Assembly: GCA_964247055.1 (NCBI GenBank)
Contig: OZ176050.1
Coordinates: 1,240,001 to 1,304,000, forward strand
Length of the DNA stretch: 64,000 nt
Origin: Paragordius varius
Lineage: Eukaryota; Animalia; Nematomorpha
Direction: 5' to 3'
Of this stretch, positions 38,200 to 52,300 are shown one piece after another; the stretch's first letter is position 1; each line of letters starts with the position of its first letter. A model generated the notes under the pieces. The model was not told the DNA's origin. It made no database searches and saw only the letters and a list, made by a program, of their open reading frames with translations. Position numbers and translations under genes: made by a program.

Positions 38200-41100
38200 A
38201 ATCGAATATTGGTCACCGGTGAACAAATATATTTTTTATATATTTTCTTAGTAAGACTACATCAAAATATAGAAATAGTTTGACAAACTCTTTCATATCC
38301 GATTTTTACAACGATACTTTAAAAATTAATGTGTTAAACTAGTCGCATCAATACTCACGTTAAACTTTGTTCTTAAAAATCGGATATTGGTCACCGGTGA
38401 ACAAAATAATTTTTTATACATTCTCTTAGTAAGACTACAGCAAAATATAGAGATAGTTTGACAAACTCTTTCATATCCGATTTTTACAACGATACTTTAA
38501 AAATTAATGTATAAAACTAGTCGTATCAATAAATCGCATCAATACTCAAGTTAAACTTTGTCCTTAAAAATCGGATATTGGTCACCGGTGAACAAAATTA
38601 TTTTTTATACATTCTCTTAGTAGGACTACATCAAAATATAGAGATAGTTTGGCAAACTCTTTCATATCCGATTTCTACAACGATACTTTAAAAATTAATG
38701 TATAAAACTAGTCGCATCAATACTCACGTTAAACTTTGTTCTTAAAAATCGGATATTGGTCACCGGTGAACAAAATAATTTTTTATACATTCTCTTAGTA
38801 AGACTACAGCAAAATATAGAGATAGTTTGATAACTCTTTCATATCCGATTTTTACAACGATACTTTAAAAATTAATGTATAAAACTAGTCGTATCAATAA
38901 ATCGCATCAATACTCAAGTTAAACTTTGTCCTTAAAAATCGGATATTGGTCACCGGTGAACAAAATAATTTTTTATACATTCTCTAAGTAAGACTACAGC
39001 AAAATATAGATTTAGTTTGACAAACTCTTTCATATCCGATTTTTACAACGATACTTTAAAAATTAATGTATTAAACTAGTCGCATCAAACTCAAGTTAAA
39101 CTTTGTCCTTAAAAATCGGATATTGGTCACCGGTGAACAAAATTATTTTTTTTACATTCTTTTAGCAAGACTACATCAAAATATAGAGATAGTTTGACAA
39201 ACTCTTTCATATCCGATTTTAACAAAGATACTTTAAAAATTAATGTATAAAACTAGTCGCATCAATACTCAAGTTAAACTTTGTCCTTAAAAATCGAATA
39301 TTGGTCACCGGTGAACAAAATTATTTTTTATACATTTTCTTAGTAAGACTACATCAAAATATAGAAATAGTTTGACAAACTCTTTCATATCCGATTTTTA
39401 CAACGATACTTTAAAAATTAATGTGTTAAACTAGTCGCATCAATACTCACGTTAAACTTTGTCCTTAAAAATCGAATATTGGTCACCGGTGAACAAATAT
39501 ATTTTTTATATATTTTCTTAGTAAGACTACATCAAAATATAGAAATAGTTTGACAAACTCTTTCATATCCGATTTTTACAACGATACTTTAAAAATTAAT
39601 GTGTTAAACTAGTCGCATCAATACTCACGTTAAACTTTGTTCTTAAAAATCGGATATTGGTCACCGGTGAACAAAATAATTTTTTATACATTCTCTTAGT
39701 AAGACTACAGCAAAATATAGAGATAGTTTGACAAACTCTTTCATATCCGATTTTTACAACGATACTTTAAAAATTAATGTATAAAACTAGTCGTATCAAT
39801 AAATCGCATCAATACTCAAGTTAAACTTTGTCCTTAAAAATCGGATATTGGTCACCGGTGAACAAAATTATTTTTTATACATTCTCTTAGTAGGACTACA
39901 TCAAAATATAGAGATAGTTTGGCAAACTCTTTCATATCCGATTTCTACAACGATACTTTAAAAATTAATGTATAAAACTAGTCGCATCAATACTCACGTT
40001 AAACTTTGTTCTTAAAAATCGGATATTGGTCACCGGTGAACAAAATAATTTTTTATACATTCTCTTAGTAAGACTACAGCAAAATATAGAGATAGTTTGA
40101 TAACTCTTTCATATCCGATTTTTACAACGATACTTTAAAAATTAATGTATAAAACTAGTCGTATCAATAAATCGCATCAATACTCAAGTTAAACTTTGTC
40201 CTTAAAAATCGGATATTGGTCACCGGTGAACAAAATAATTTTTTATACATTCACTAAGTAAGACTACAGCAAAATATAGATTTAGTTTGACAAACTCTTT
40301 CATATCCGATTTTTACAACGATACTTTAAAAATTAATGTATTAAACTAGTCGCATCAAACTCAAGTTAAACTTTGTCCTTAAAAATCGGATATTGGTCAC
40401 CGGTGAACAAAATTATTTTTTTTACATTCTTTTAGCAAGACTACATCAAAATATAGAGATAGTTTGACAAACTCTTTCATATCCGATTTTAACAAAGATA
40501 CTTTAAAAATTAATGTATAAAACTAGTCGCATCAATACTCAAGTTAAACTTTGTCCTTAAAAATCGAATATTGGTCACCGGTGAACAAAATTATTTTTTA
40601 TACATTTTCTTAGTAAGACTACATCAAAATATAGAAATAGTTTGACAAACTCTTTCATATCCGATTTTTACAACGATACTTTAAAAATTAATGTGTTAAA
40701 CTAGTCGCATCAATACTCACGTTTAACTTTGTTCTTAAAAATCGGATATTGGTCACCGGTGAACAAAATAATTTTTTATACATTCTCTTAGTAAGACTAC
40801 AGCAAAATATAGAGATAGTTTGACAAACTCTTTCATATCCGATTTTTACAACGATACTTTAAAAATTAATGTATAAAACTAGTCGTATCAATAAGTCGCA
40901 TCAATACTCAAGTTAAACTTTGTCCTTAAAAATCGGATATTGGTCACCGGTGAACAAAATTATTTTTTATACATTCTCTTAGTAGGACTACATCAAAATA
41001 TAGAGATAGTTTGGCAAACTCTTTCATATCCGATTTCTACAACGATACTTTAAAAATTAATGTATAAAACTAGTCGCATCAATACTCACGTTAAACTTTG

Positions 41101-42100
41101 TTCTTAAAAATCGGATATTGGTCACCGGTGAACAAAATAATTTTTTATACATTCTCTTAGTAAGACTACAGCAAAATATAGAGATATTTGATAACTCTTT
41201 CATATCCGATTTTTACAACGATACTTTAAAAATTAATGTATAAAACTAGTCGTATCAATAAATCGCATCAATACTCAAATTAAACTTTGTCCTTAAAAAT
41301 CGGATATTGGTCACCGGTGAACAAAATAATTTTTTATACATTCTCTAAGTAAGACTACAGCAAAATATAGATTTAGTTTGACAAACTCTTTCATATCCGA
41401 TTTTTACAACGATACTTTAAAAATTAATGTATTAAACTAGTCGCATCAATACTCAAGTTAAACTTTGTCCTTAAAAATCGGATATTGGTCACCGGTGAAC
41501 AAAATTATTTTTTTTACATTCTTTTAGCAAGACTACATCAAAATATAGAGATAGTTTGACAAACTCTTTCATATCCGATTTTAACAACGATACTTTAAAA
41601 ATTAATGTATAAAACTAGTCGCATCAATATTCAAGTTAAACTTTGTCCTTAAAAATCGAATATTGGTCACCGGTGAACAAAATTATTTTTTATACATTTT
41701 CTTAGTAAGACTACATCAAAATATAGAAATAGTTTGACAAACTCTTTCATATCCGATTTTTACAACGATACTTTAAAAATTAATGTGTTAAACTAGTCGC
41801 ATCAATACTCACGTTAAACTTTGTTCTTAAAAATCGGATATTGGTCACCGGTGAACAAAATAATTTTTTATACATTCTCTTAGTAAGACTACAGCAAAAT
41901 ATAGAGATAGTTTGACAAACTCTTTCATATCCGATTTTTACAACGATACTTTAAAAATTAATGTATAAAACTAGTCGTATCAATAAATCGCATCAATACT
42001 CAAGTTAAACTTTGTCCTTAAAAATCGGATATTGGTCACCGGTGAACAAAATTATTTTTTTTACATTCTCTTAGCAAGACTACATCAAAATATAGAGATA
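38200..42100 (+). repeat. 7-mer HOR (1270 bp) x2 followed by a 6-mer variant (1092 bp); a related copy lies at ~36180-37200
   Basis: gaacaaatat 38221/39491, atttctacaa 38675/39945/41037 and aacaaagata 39221/40491. Shared markers are cacgttaaactttgttc, gataactc and ctaagtaag..atagatttag. Confidence 0.87.
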
Positions 42101-42539
42101 GTTTGACAAACTCTTTCATATCCGATTTTTACAACGATACTTTAAAAATTAATGTGTTAAACTAGTCGCATCAATAATCACGTTAAACTTTGTCCTTACA
42201 AATCGGATATTGGTCACCGGTGAACAAAATAATTTTTGATACATTCTCTTCGTAAGACTACAGCAAAATATAGAGATAGTTTGACAAACTCTTTCATATC
42301 CGATTTTTACAACGATACTTTAAAAATTAATGTATAAAACTAATCGTATCAATAAATCGCATCAATACTCAAGTTAAACTTTGTCCTTAAAAATCGGATA
42401 TTGGTCACCGGACAAAATTATTTTTTTTACATTCTCTTAGCAAGACTACAGCAAAATATAGAGATAGTTTGACAAACTCTTTCATATCCGATTTTTACAA
42501 CGATACTTTAAAAATTAATGTATTAATATGCATCAATAC

Positions 42540-45000
42540 TCAAGTTAAACTTTGTCCTTAAAAATCGGATATTGGTCACCGGTGAACAAAATTATTTTTT
42601 ATACATTCTCTCAGCAAGACTAGATCAAAATATAGAGATAGTTTGACAAACTCTTTCATATCCGATTTTTACAACGATACTTTAAAAATTAATGTATTAA
42701 ACTAGTCGCATCAATACTCAAGTTAAACTTTGTCCTTAAAAATCGGATATTGGTCACCGGTGAACAAAATTATTTTTTTTACATTCTCTTAGCAAGACTA
42801 CATCAAAATATAGAGATAGTTTGACAAACTCTTTCATATCCGATTTTTACAAGGATACTTTATAAATTAATGTATAAAACTAGTCGTATTAATAAGTCGC
42901 ATCAATACTCAAGTTAAACTTTGTCCTTAAAAATCGGATATTGGTCACCGGTGAACAAAATAATTTTTTATACATTCTCTTAGTAGGACTACATCAAAAT
43001 ATAGAGATAGTTTGGCAAACTCTTTCATATCCGATTTTTACAACGATACTTTAAAAATTAATGTATAAAACTAGTCGCATCAATACTCAAATTAAACTTT
43101 GTCCTTAAAAATCGATTGGTCACCGGTGAACAAAATTATTTTTTATACATTCTCTTAGTAAGACTACATCAAAATATAGAGATAGTTTGACAAACTCTTT
43201 CATATCCGATTTTTACAACGATACTTTAAAAATTAATGTATAAAACTAGTCGCATCAATACTCAAGTTAAACTTTGTCCTTAAAAATCGAATATTGGTCA
43301 CCGGTGAACAAAATTATTTTTTATACATTCTCTTAGTAAGACTACATCAAAATATAGAGATAGTTTGACAAACTCTTTCATATCCGATTTTTACAACGAT
43401 ACTTTAAAAATTAATGTATAAAACTAGTCGCATCAATACTCAAGTTAAACTTTATCCTTAAAAATTGGATATTGGTCACCGGTGAACAAAATAATTTTTT
43501 ATACATTCTCTTAGTAAGACTACATCAAAATATAGAGATAGTTTGACAAACTCTTTCATATCCGATTTTTCCAACGATACTTTAAAAATTAATGTATAAA
43601 ACTAGTCGCATCAATACTCAAGTTAAACTTTGTCCTTAAAAATCGAATATTGGTCACCGGTGAACAAAATTATTTTTTATACATTCTCTTAAGACTACAT
43701 CAAAATATAGAGATAGTTTGACAAACTCTTTCATATCCGATTTTTACAACGATACTTTAAAAATTAATGTATAAAACTAGTCGCATCAATACTCTAGTAA
43801 ACTTTATCCTTAAAAATTGGATATTGGTCACCGGTGAACAAAATAATTTTTTATACATTCTCTTAGTAAGACTACATCAAAATATAGAGATAGTTTGACA
43901 AACTCTTTCATATCCGATTTTTACAACGATACTTTAAAAATTAATGTATTAAACTAGTCGCATCAATACTCAAGTTAAACTTTGTCCTTAAAAATCGGAT
44001 ATTGGTCACCGGTGAACAAAATTATTTTTTATGCATTCTCTTAGTAGGACTACATCAAAACATAGAGATAGTTTGGCAAACTCTTTCATATCCGATTTTT
44101 ACAACGATACTTTAAAAAATAATGTTTAAAACTAGTCGTATCAATAAGTCGCATCAATACTCAAATTAAACTTTGTCCTTAAAAATCGGATATTGGTCAC
44201 CGGTGAACAAAATTATTTTTTTTACATTCTCTTAGCAAGACTACAGCAAAATATAGATATAGTTTGACAAACTCTTTCATATCCGATTTTTACAACGATA
44301 CTTTAAAAATTAATGTATTAAAGTCGCATCAATACTCAAGTTAAACTTTGTCCTTAAAAATCGGATATTGGTCACCGGTGAACAAAATTATTTATACATT
44401 CTCTCAGCAAGACTACATCAAAATATAGAGATAGTTTGACAAACTCTTTCATATCCGATTTTTACAACGATACTTTAAAAATTAATGTATTAAACTAGTC
44501 GCATCAATACTCAAGTTAAACTTTGTCCTTAAAAATCGGATATTGGTCACCGGTGAACAAAATTATTTTTTTTACATTCTCTTAGCAAGACTACATCAAA
44601 ATATAGAGATAGTTTGACAAACTCTTTCATATCCGATTTTTACAAGGATACTTTATAAATTAATGTATAAAACTAGTCGTATTAATAAGTCGCATCAATA
44701 CTCAAGTTAAACTTTGTCCTTAAAAATCGGATATTGGTCACCGGTGAACAAAATAATTTTTTATACATTCTCTTAGTAGGACTACATCAAAATATAGAGA
44801 TAGTTTGGCAAACTCTTTCATATCCGATTTTTACAACGATACTTTAAAAATTAATGTATAAATCTAGTCGCATCAATACTCAAGTTAAACTTTGTCCTTA
44901 AAAATCGATTGGTCACCGGTGAACAAAATTATTTTTTATACATTCTCTTAGTAAGACTACATCAAAATATAGAGATAGTTTGACAAACTCTTTCATATCC
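42540..45000 (+). repeat. Partial duplication (~4 monomers) at ~1793-bp offset
   Basis: aaggatactttataaat at 42853/44646. ctctcagcaag and aaaatcgattggtc are also duplicated in the same order. Confidence 0.8.
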
Positions 45001-46922
45001 GATTTTTACAACGATACTTTAAAAATTAATGTATAAAACTAGTCGCATCAATACTCTAGTTAAACTTTATCCTTAAAAATTGGATATTGGTCACCGGTGA
45101 ACAAAATAATTTTTTATACATTCTCTTAGTAAGACTACATCAAAATATAGAGATAGTTTGACAAACTCTTTCATATCCGATTTTTACAACGATACTTTAA
45201 AAATTAATGTATAAAACTAGTCGCATCAATACTCAAGTTAAACTTTGTCCTTAAAAATCGGATATTGGTCACCGGTGAACTAAATTATTTTTTATGCATT
45301 CTCTTAGTAGGACTACATCAAAATATAGAGATAGTTTGACAAACTCTTTCATATCCGATTTTTACAACGATACTTTAAAAATTAATGTATAAAACTAGTC
45401 GCATCAATACTCAAGTTAAACTTTGTCCTTAAAAATCGAATATTGGTCACCGGTGAACAAAATTATTTTTTATACATTCTCTTAGTAAGACTACATCAAA
45501 ATATAGAGATAGTTTGACAAACTCTTTCATATCCGATTTTTACAACGATACTTTAAAAATTAATGTGTTAAACTAGTCGCATCAATACTCAAGTTAAACT
45601 TTGTCCTTAAAAATCGGATATTGGTCACCGGTGAACAAAATAATTTTTTATACATTCTCTTAGTAAGACTACAGCAAAATATAGATTTAGTTTGACAAAC
45701 TCTTTCATATCCGATTTTTACAACGATACTTTAAAAATTAATGTATTAAACTAGTCGCATCAATACTCAAGTTAAACTTTGTCCTTAAAAATCGGATATT
45801 GGTCACCGGTGAACAAAATTATTTTTTTTACATTCTCTTAGCAAGACTACATCAAAATATAGGGATAGTTTGACAAACTCTTTCATATCCGATTTTTACA
45901 ACGATACTTTATAATTTAATGTATAAAACTAGTCGTATCAATAAGTCGCACCAATACTCAAGTTAAACTTTGTCCTTAAAAATCGGATATTGGTCACCGG
46001 TGAACAAAATTATTTTTTATACATTCTCTTAGTAGGACTACATCAAAATATAGAGATAGTTTGGCAAACTCTTTCATATCCGATTTTTACAACGATACTT
46101 TAAAAATTAATGTATAAAACTAGTCGCATCAATACTCAAGTTAAACTTTATCCTTAAAAATTGGATATTGGTCACCGGTGAACAAAATAATTTTTTATAC
46201 ATTCTCTTAGTAAGACTACATCAAAATATAGAGATAGTTTGACAAACTCTTTCATATCCGATTTTTCCAACGATACTTTAAAAATTAATGTATAAAACTA
46301 GTCGCATCAATAAAACTAGTCGCATCAATACTCAAGTTAAACTTTGTCCTTAAAAATCGAATATTGGTCACCGGTGAACAATATTATTTTTTATACATTC
46401 TCTTAAGACTACATCAAAATATAGAGATAGTTTGACAAACTCTTTCATATCCGATTTTTACAACGATACTTTAAAAATTAATGTATAAAACTAGTCGCAT
46501 CAATACTCTAGTTAAACTTTATCCTTAAAAATTGGATATTGGTCACCGGTGAACAAAATTATTTTTTATACATTCTCTTAGTAAGACTACATCAAAATAT
46601 AGAGATAGTTTGACAAACTCTTTCATATCCGATTTTTACAACGATACTTTAAAAATTAATGTATAAAACTAGTCGCATCAATACTCAAGTTAAACTTTAT
46701 CCTTAAAAATTGGATATTGGTCACCGGTGAACAAAATAATTTTTTATACATTCTCTTAGTAAGACTACATCAAAATATAGAGATAGTTTGACAAACTCTT
46801 TCATATCCGATTTTTACAACGATACTTTAAAAATTAATATTTAAAACTAGTCGCATCAATACTCAAGTTAAACTTTGTCCTTAAAAATCGAATATTGGTC
46901 ACCGGTGAACAAAATTATTTTT

Positions 46923-48702
46923 TATACATTCTCTTAGTAAGACTACATCAAAATATAGAGATATTTTGACAAACTCTTTCATATCCGATTTTTACAACGA
47001 TACTTTAAAAATTAATGTATAAAACTAGTCGCATCAATACTCAAGTTAAACTTTGTCCTTAAAAGTGGAATATTGGTCACCGGTGAACAAAATTATTTTT
47101 TATACATTCTCTTAGTAAGACTACATCAAAATATAGAGATAGTTTGACAAACTCTTTCATATCCAATTTTTACAACGATACTTTAAAAATTAATGTATAA
47201 AACTAGTCGCATCAATATTCAAGTTAAACTTTGTCCTTAAAAATCGAATATTGGTCACCGATGAACAAAATTATTTTTTATACATTCTCTTAGTAAGACT
47301 ACATCAAAATATAGAGATAGTTTTACAAACTCTTTCATATCCGATTTTTACAACGATACTTTAAAAATTAATGTATAAAACTAGTCGCATCAATACTCAA
47401 GTTAAACTTTATCCTTAAAAATTGGATATTGGTCACCGGTGAACAAAATAATTTTTTATACATTCTCTTAGTAAGACTACATCAAAATATAGAGATAGTT
47501 TGACAAACTCTTTCATATCCGATTTTTACAACGATACTTTAAAAATTAATGTATAAAACTAGTCGCATCAATACTCAAGTTAAACTTTGTCCTTAAAAAT
47601 CGAATATTGGTTACCGGTGAAAAAAATTATTTTTTATACATTCTCTTAGTAAGACTACATCAAAATATAGAGATAGATTGACAAACTCTTTCATATCCGA
47701 TTTTTACAACGATACTTTAAAAATTAATGTATAAAACTAGTCGCATCAATACTCAAGTTAAACTTTGTCCTTAAAAATCGAATATTGGTCACCGGTGAAC
47801 AAAATTATTTTTTATACATTCTCTTAGTAAGACTACATCAAAATATAGAGATAGTTTGACAAACTCTTTCATATCCGATTTTTACAACGATACTTTAAAA
47901 ATTAATGTATAAAACTAGTCGCATCAATACTCAAGTTAAACTTTGTCCTTAAAAGTGGAATATTGGTCACCGGTGAACAAAATTATTTTTTATACATTCT
48001 CTTAGTAAGACTACATCAAAATATAGAGATAGTTTGACAAACTCTTTCATATCCAATTTTTACAACGATACTTTAAAAATTAATGTATAAAACTAGTCGC
48101 ATCAATATTCAAGTTAAACTTTGTCCTTAAAAATCGAATATTGGTCACCGATGAACAAAATTATTTTTTATACATTCTCTTAGTAAGACTACATCAAAAT
48201 ATAGAGATAGTTTTACAAACTCTTTCATATCCGATTTTTACAACGATACTTTAAAAATTAATGTATAAAACTAGTCGCATCAATACTCAAGTTAAACTTT
48301 ATCCTTAAAAATTGGATATTGGTCACCGGTGAACAAAATAATTTTTTATACATTCTCTTAGTAAGACTACATCAAAATATAGAGATAGTTTGACAAACTC
48401 TTTCATATCCGATTTTTACAACGATACTTTAAAAATTAATGTATAAAACTAGTCGCATCAATACTCAAGTTAAACTTTGTCCTTAAAAATCGAATATTGG
48501 TTACCGGTGAAAAAAATTATTTTTTATACATTCTCTTAGTAAGACTACATCAAAATATAGAGATAGATTGACAAACTCTTTCATATCCGATTTTTACAAC
48601 GATACTTTAAAAATTAATGTATAAAACTAGTCGCATCAATACTCAAGTTAAACTTTATCCTTAAAAATTGGATATTGGTCACCTGTGAACAAAATAATTT
48701 TT
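46923..48702 (+). repeat. 5-mer HOR of exactly 890 bp (5x178), two tandem copies
   Basis: Offset 890 holds for aaaagtggaa 47061/47951, atccaatttt 47161/48051, ttttacaaac 47321/48211 and agatagattg 47671/48561. Confidence 0.92.
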
Positions 48703-49399
48703 TATACATTCTCTTAGTAAGACTACATTAAAATATAGAGATAGTTTGAAAAACTCTTTCATATCCGATTTTTACAACGATACTTTAAAAATTAATGTAT
48801 AAAACTAGTCGCATCAATACTCAAGTTAAACTTTGTCCTTAAAAATCGAATATTGGTCACCGGTGAACAAAATTATTTTTTATACATTCTCTTAGTAAGA
48901 CTACATCAAAATATAGAGATAGTTTGACAAACTCTATATCCGATTTTTACAACGATACTTTAAAAATTAATGTATAAAACTAGTCGCATCAATACTCAAG
49001 TTAAACTTTGTCCTTAAAAATCGGATATTGGTCACCGGTGAACAAAAATATTTTTTTTACATTCTCTTAGCAAGACTACATCAAAATATAGAGATAGTTT
49101 AACAAACTCTTTCATATCCGATTTTTACAACGATACTTTAAAAATTGATGTATAAAACTAGTTGTATCAATAAGTCGCATCAATACTCAAGTTAAACTTT
49201 GTCCTTAAAAATCGGATATTGGTCACCGGTGAACAAAATTATTTTTTATACATTCTCTTAGTAGGACTACATCAAAATATAGAGATAGTTTGGCAAACTC
49301 TTTCATATCCGATTTTTACAACGATACTTTAAAAATTAATGTATAAAACTAGTCGCATCAATACTCAAGTTAAACTTTGTCCTTAAAAATCGAATATTG

Positions 49400-52300
49400 G
49401 TCACCGGTGAACAAAATTATTTTTTATACATTCTCTTAGTAAGACTACATCAAAATATAGAGATAGTTTGACAAACTCTTTCATATCCGATTTTTACAAC
49501 GATACTTTAAAAATTAATGTATAAAACTAGTCGCATCAATACTCAAGTTAAACTTTGTCCTTAAAAATCGGATATTGGTCACCGGTGAACAAAATAATTT
49601 TTTATACATTCTCTTAGTAAGACTACAGCAAAATATAGAGATAGTTTGACAAACTCTTTCATATCCGATTTTTAAAACGATACTTTAAAAATTAATGTAT
49701 TAAACTAGTCGCATCAATACTCAAGTTAAACTTTGTCCTTAAAAATCGGATATTGGTCACCGGTGAACAAAATTATTTTTTATACATTCTCTTAACAAGA
49801 CTACATCAAAATATAGAGAATGTTTGACAAACTCTTTCATATCCGATTTTTACAACGATACTTTAAAAATTAATGTATTAAACTAGTCGCATCAATACTC
49901 AAGTTAAACTTTGTCCTTAAAAATCGGATATTGGTCACCGGTGAACAAAATTATTTTTTTTACTTTCTCTTAGCAAGACTACATCAAAATATAGAGATAG
50001 TTTAACAAACTCTTTCATATCCGATTTTTACAACGATACTTTAAAAATTAATGTATAAAACTAGTTGTATCAATAAGTCGCATCAATACTCAAGTTAAAC
50101 TTTGTCCTTAAAAATCGGATATTGGTCACCGGTGAACAAAATTATTTTTTATACATTCTCTTAGTAGGACTACATCAAAATATAGAGATAGTTTGGCAAA
50201 CTCTTTCATATCCGATTTTTACAACGATACTTTAAAAATTAATGTATTAAACTAGTCGCATCAATACTCAAGTTAAACTTTGTCCTTAAAAATCGGATAT
50301 TGGTCACCGGTGAACAAAATTATTTTTTATACTTTCTCTTAGCAAGACTACATCAAAATATAGAGAATGTTTGACAAACTCTTTCATATCCGATTTTTAC
50401 AACGATACTTTAAAAATTAATGTAATAAACTAGTCGCATCAATACTCAAGTTAAACTTTGTCCTTAAAAATCGGATATTGGTCACCGGTGAACAAAATTA
50501 TTTTTTTTACATTCTCTTAGCAAGACTACATCAAAATATAGAGATAGTTTAACAAACTCTTTCATATCCGATTTTTACAACGATACTTTAAAAATTAATG
50601 TATAAAACTAGTTGTATCAATAAGTCGCATCAATACTCAAGTTAAACTTTGTCCTTAAAAATCGGATATTGGTCACCGGTGAACAAAATTATTTTTTATA
50701 CATTCTCTTAGTAGGACTACATCAAAATATAGAGATAGTTTGGCAAACTCTTTCATATCCGATTTTTACAACGATACTTTAAAAATTAATGTATTAAACT
50801 AGTCGCATCAATACTCAAGTTAAACTTTGTCCTTAAAAATCGGATATTGGTCACCGGTGAACAAAATTATTTTTTATACATTCTCTTAGCAAGACTACAT
50901 CAAAATATAGAGAATGTTTGACAAACTCTTTCATATCCGATTTTTACAACGATACTTTAAAAATTAATGTAATAAACTAGTCGCATCAATACTCAAGTTA
51001 AACTTTGTCCTCAAAAATCGGATATTGGTCACCGGTGAACAAAATTATTTTTTTTACATTCTCTTAGCAAGACTACATCAAAATATAGAGATAGTTTAAC
51101 AAACTCTTTCATATCCGATTTTTACAACGATACTTTAAAAATTAATGTATAAAACTAGTTGTATCAATAAGTCGCATCAATACTCAAGTTAAACTTTGTC
51201 CTTAAAAATCGTATATTGGTCATCGGTGAACAAAATTATTTTTTATACATTCTCTTAGTAGGACTACATCAAAATATAGAGATAGTTTGGCAAACTCTTT
51301 CATATCCGATTTTTACAACGATACTTTAAAAATTAATGTATTAAACTAGTCGCATCAATACTCAAGTTAAACTTTGTCCTTAAAAATCGGATATTGGTCA
51401 CCGGTGAACAAAATTATTTTTTATACATTCTCTTAGCAAGACTACATCAAAATATAGAGAATGTTTGACAAACTCTTTCATATCCGATTTTTACAACGAT
51501 ACTTTAAAAATTAATGTAATAAACTAGTCGCATCAATACTCAAGTTAAACTTTGTCCTTAAAAATCGGATATTGGTCACCGGTGAACAAAATTATTTTTT
51601 TTACATTCTCTTAGCAAGACTACATCAAAATATAGAGATAGTTTAACAAACTCTTTCATATCCGATTTTTACAACGATACTTTATAAAACTAGTTGTATC
51701 AATAAGTCGCATCAATACTCAAGTTAAACTTTGTCCTTAAAAATCGGATATTGGTCACCGGTGAACAAAATAATTTTTTATACATTCTCTTAGTAAGACT
51801 ACAGCAAAATATAGAGATAGTTTGACAAACTCTTTCATATCCGATTTTTACAACGATACTTTAAAAATTAATGTATTAAACTAGTCGCATCAATACTCAA
51901 GTTAAACTTTGTCCTTAAAAATCGGATATTGGTCACCGGTGAACAAAATTATTTTTTTTACATTCTCTTAGCAAGACTACATCAAAATATAGAGATAGTT
52001 TAACAAACTCTTTCATATCCGATTTTTACAGCGATACTTTAAAAATTAATGTATAAAACTAGTTGTATCAATAAGTCGCATCAATACTCAAGTTAAACTT
52101 TGTCCTTAAAAATCGGATATTGGTCACCGGTGAACAAAATTATTTTTTATACATTCTCTTAGTAGGACTACATCAAAATATAGAGATAGTTTGGCAAACT
52201 CTTTCATATCCGATTTTTACAACGATACTTTAAAAATTAATGTATTAAACTAGTCGCATCAATACTCAAGTTAAACTTTGTCCTTAAAAATCGGATATTG

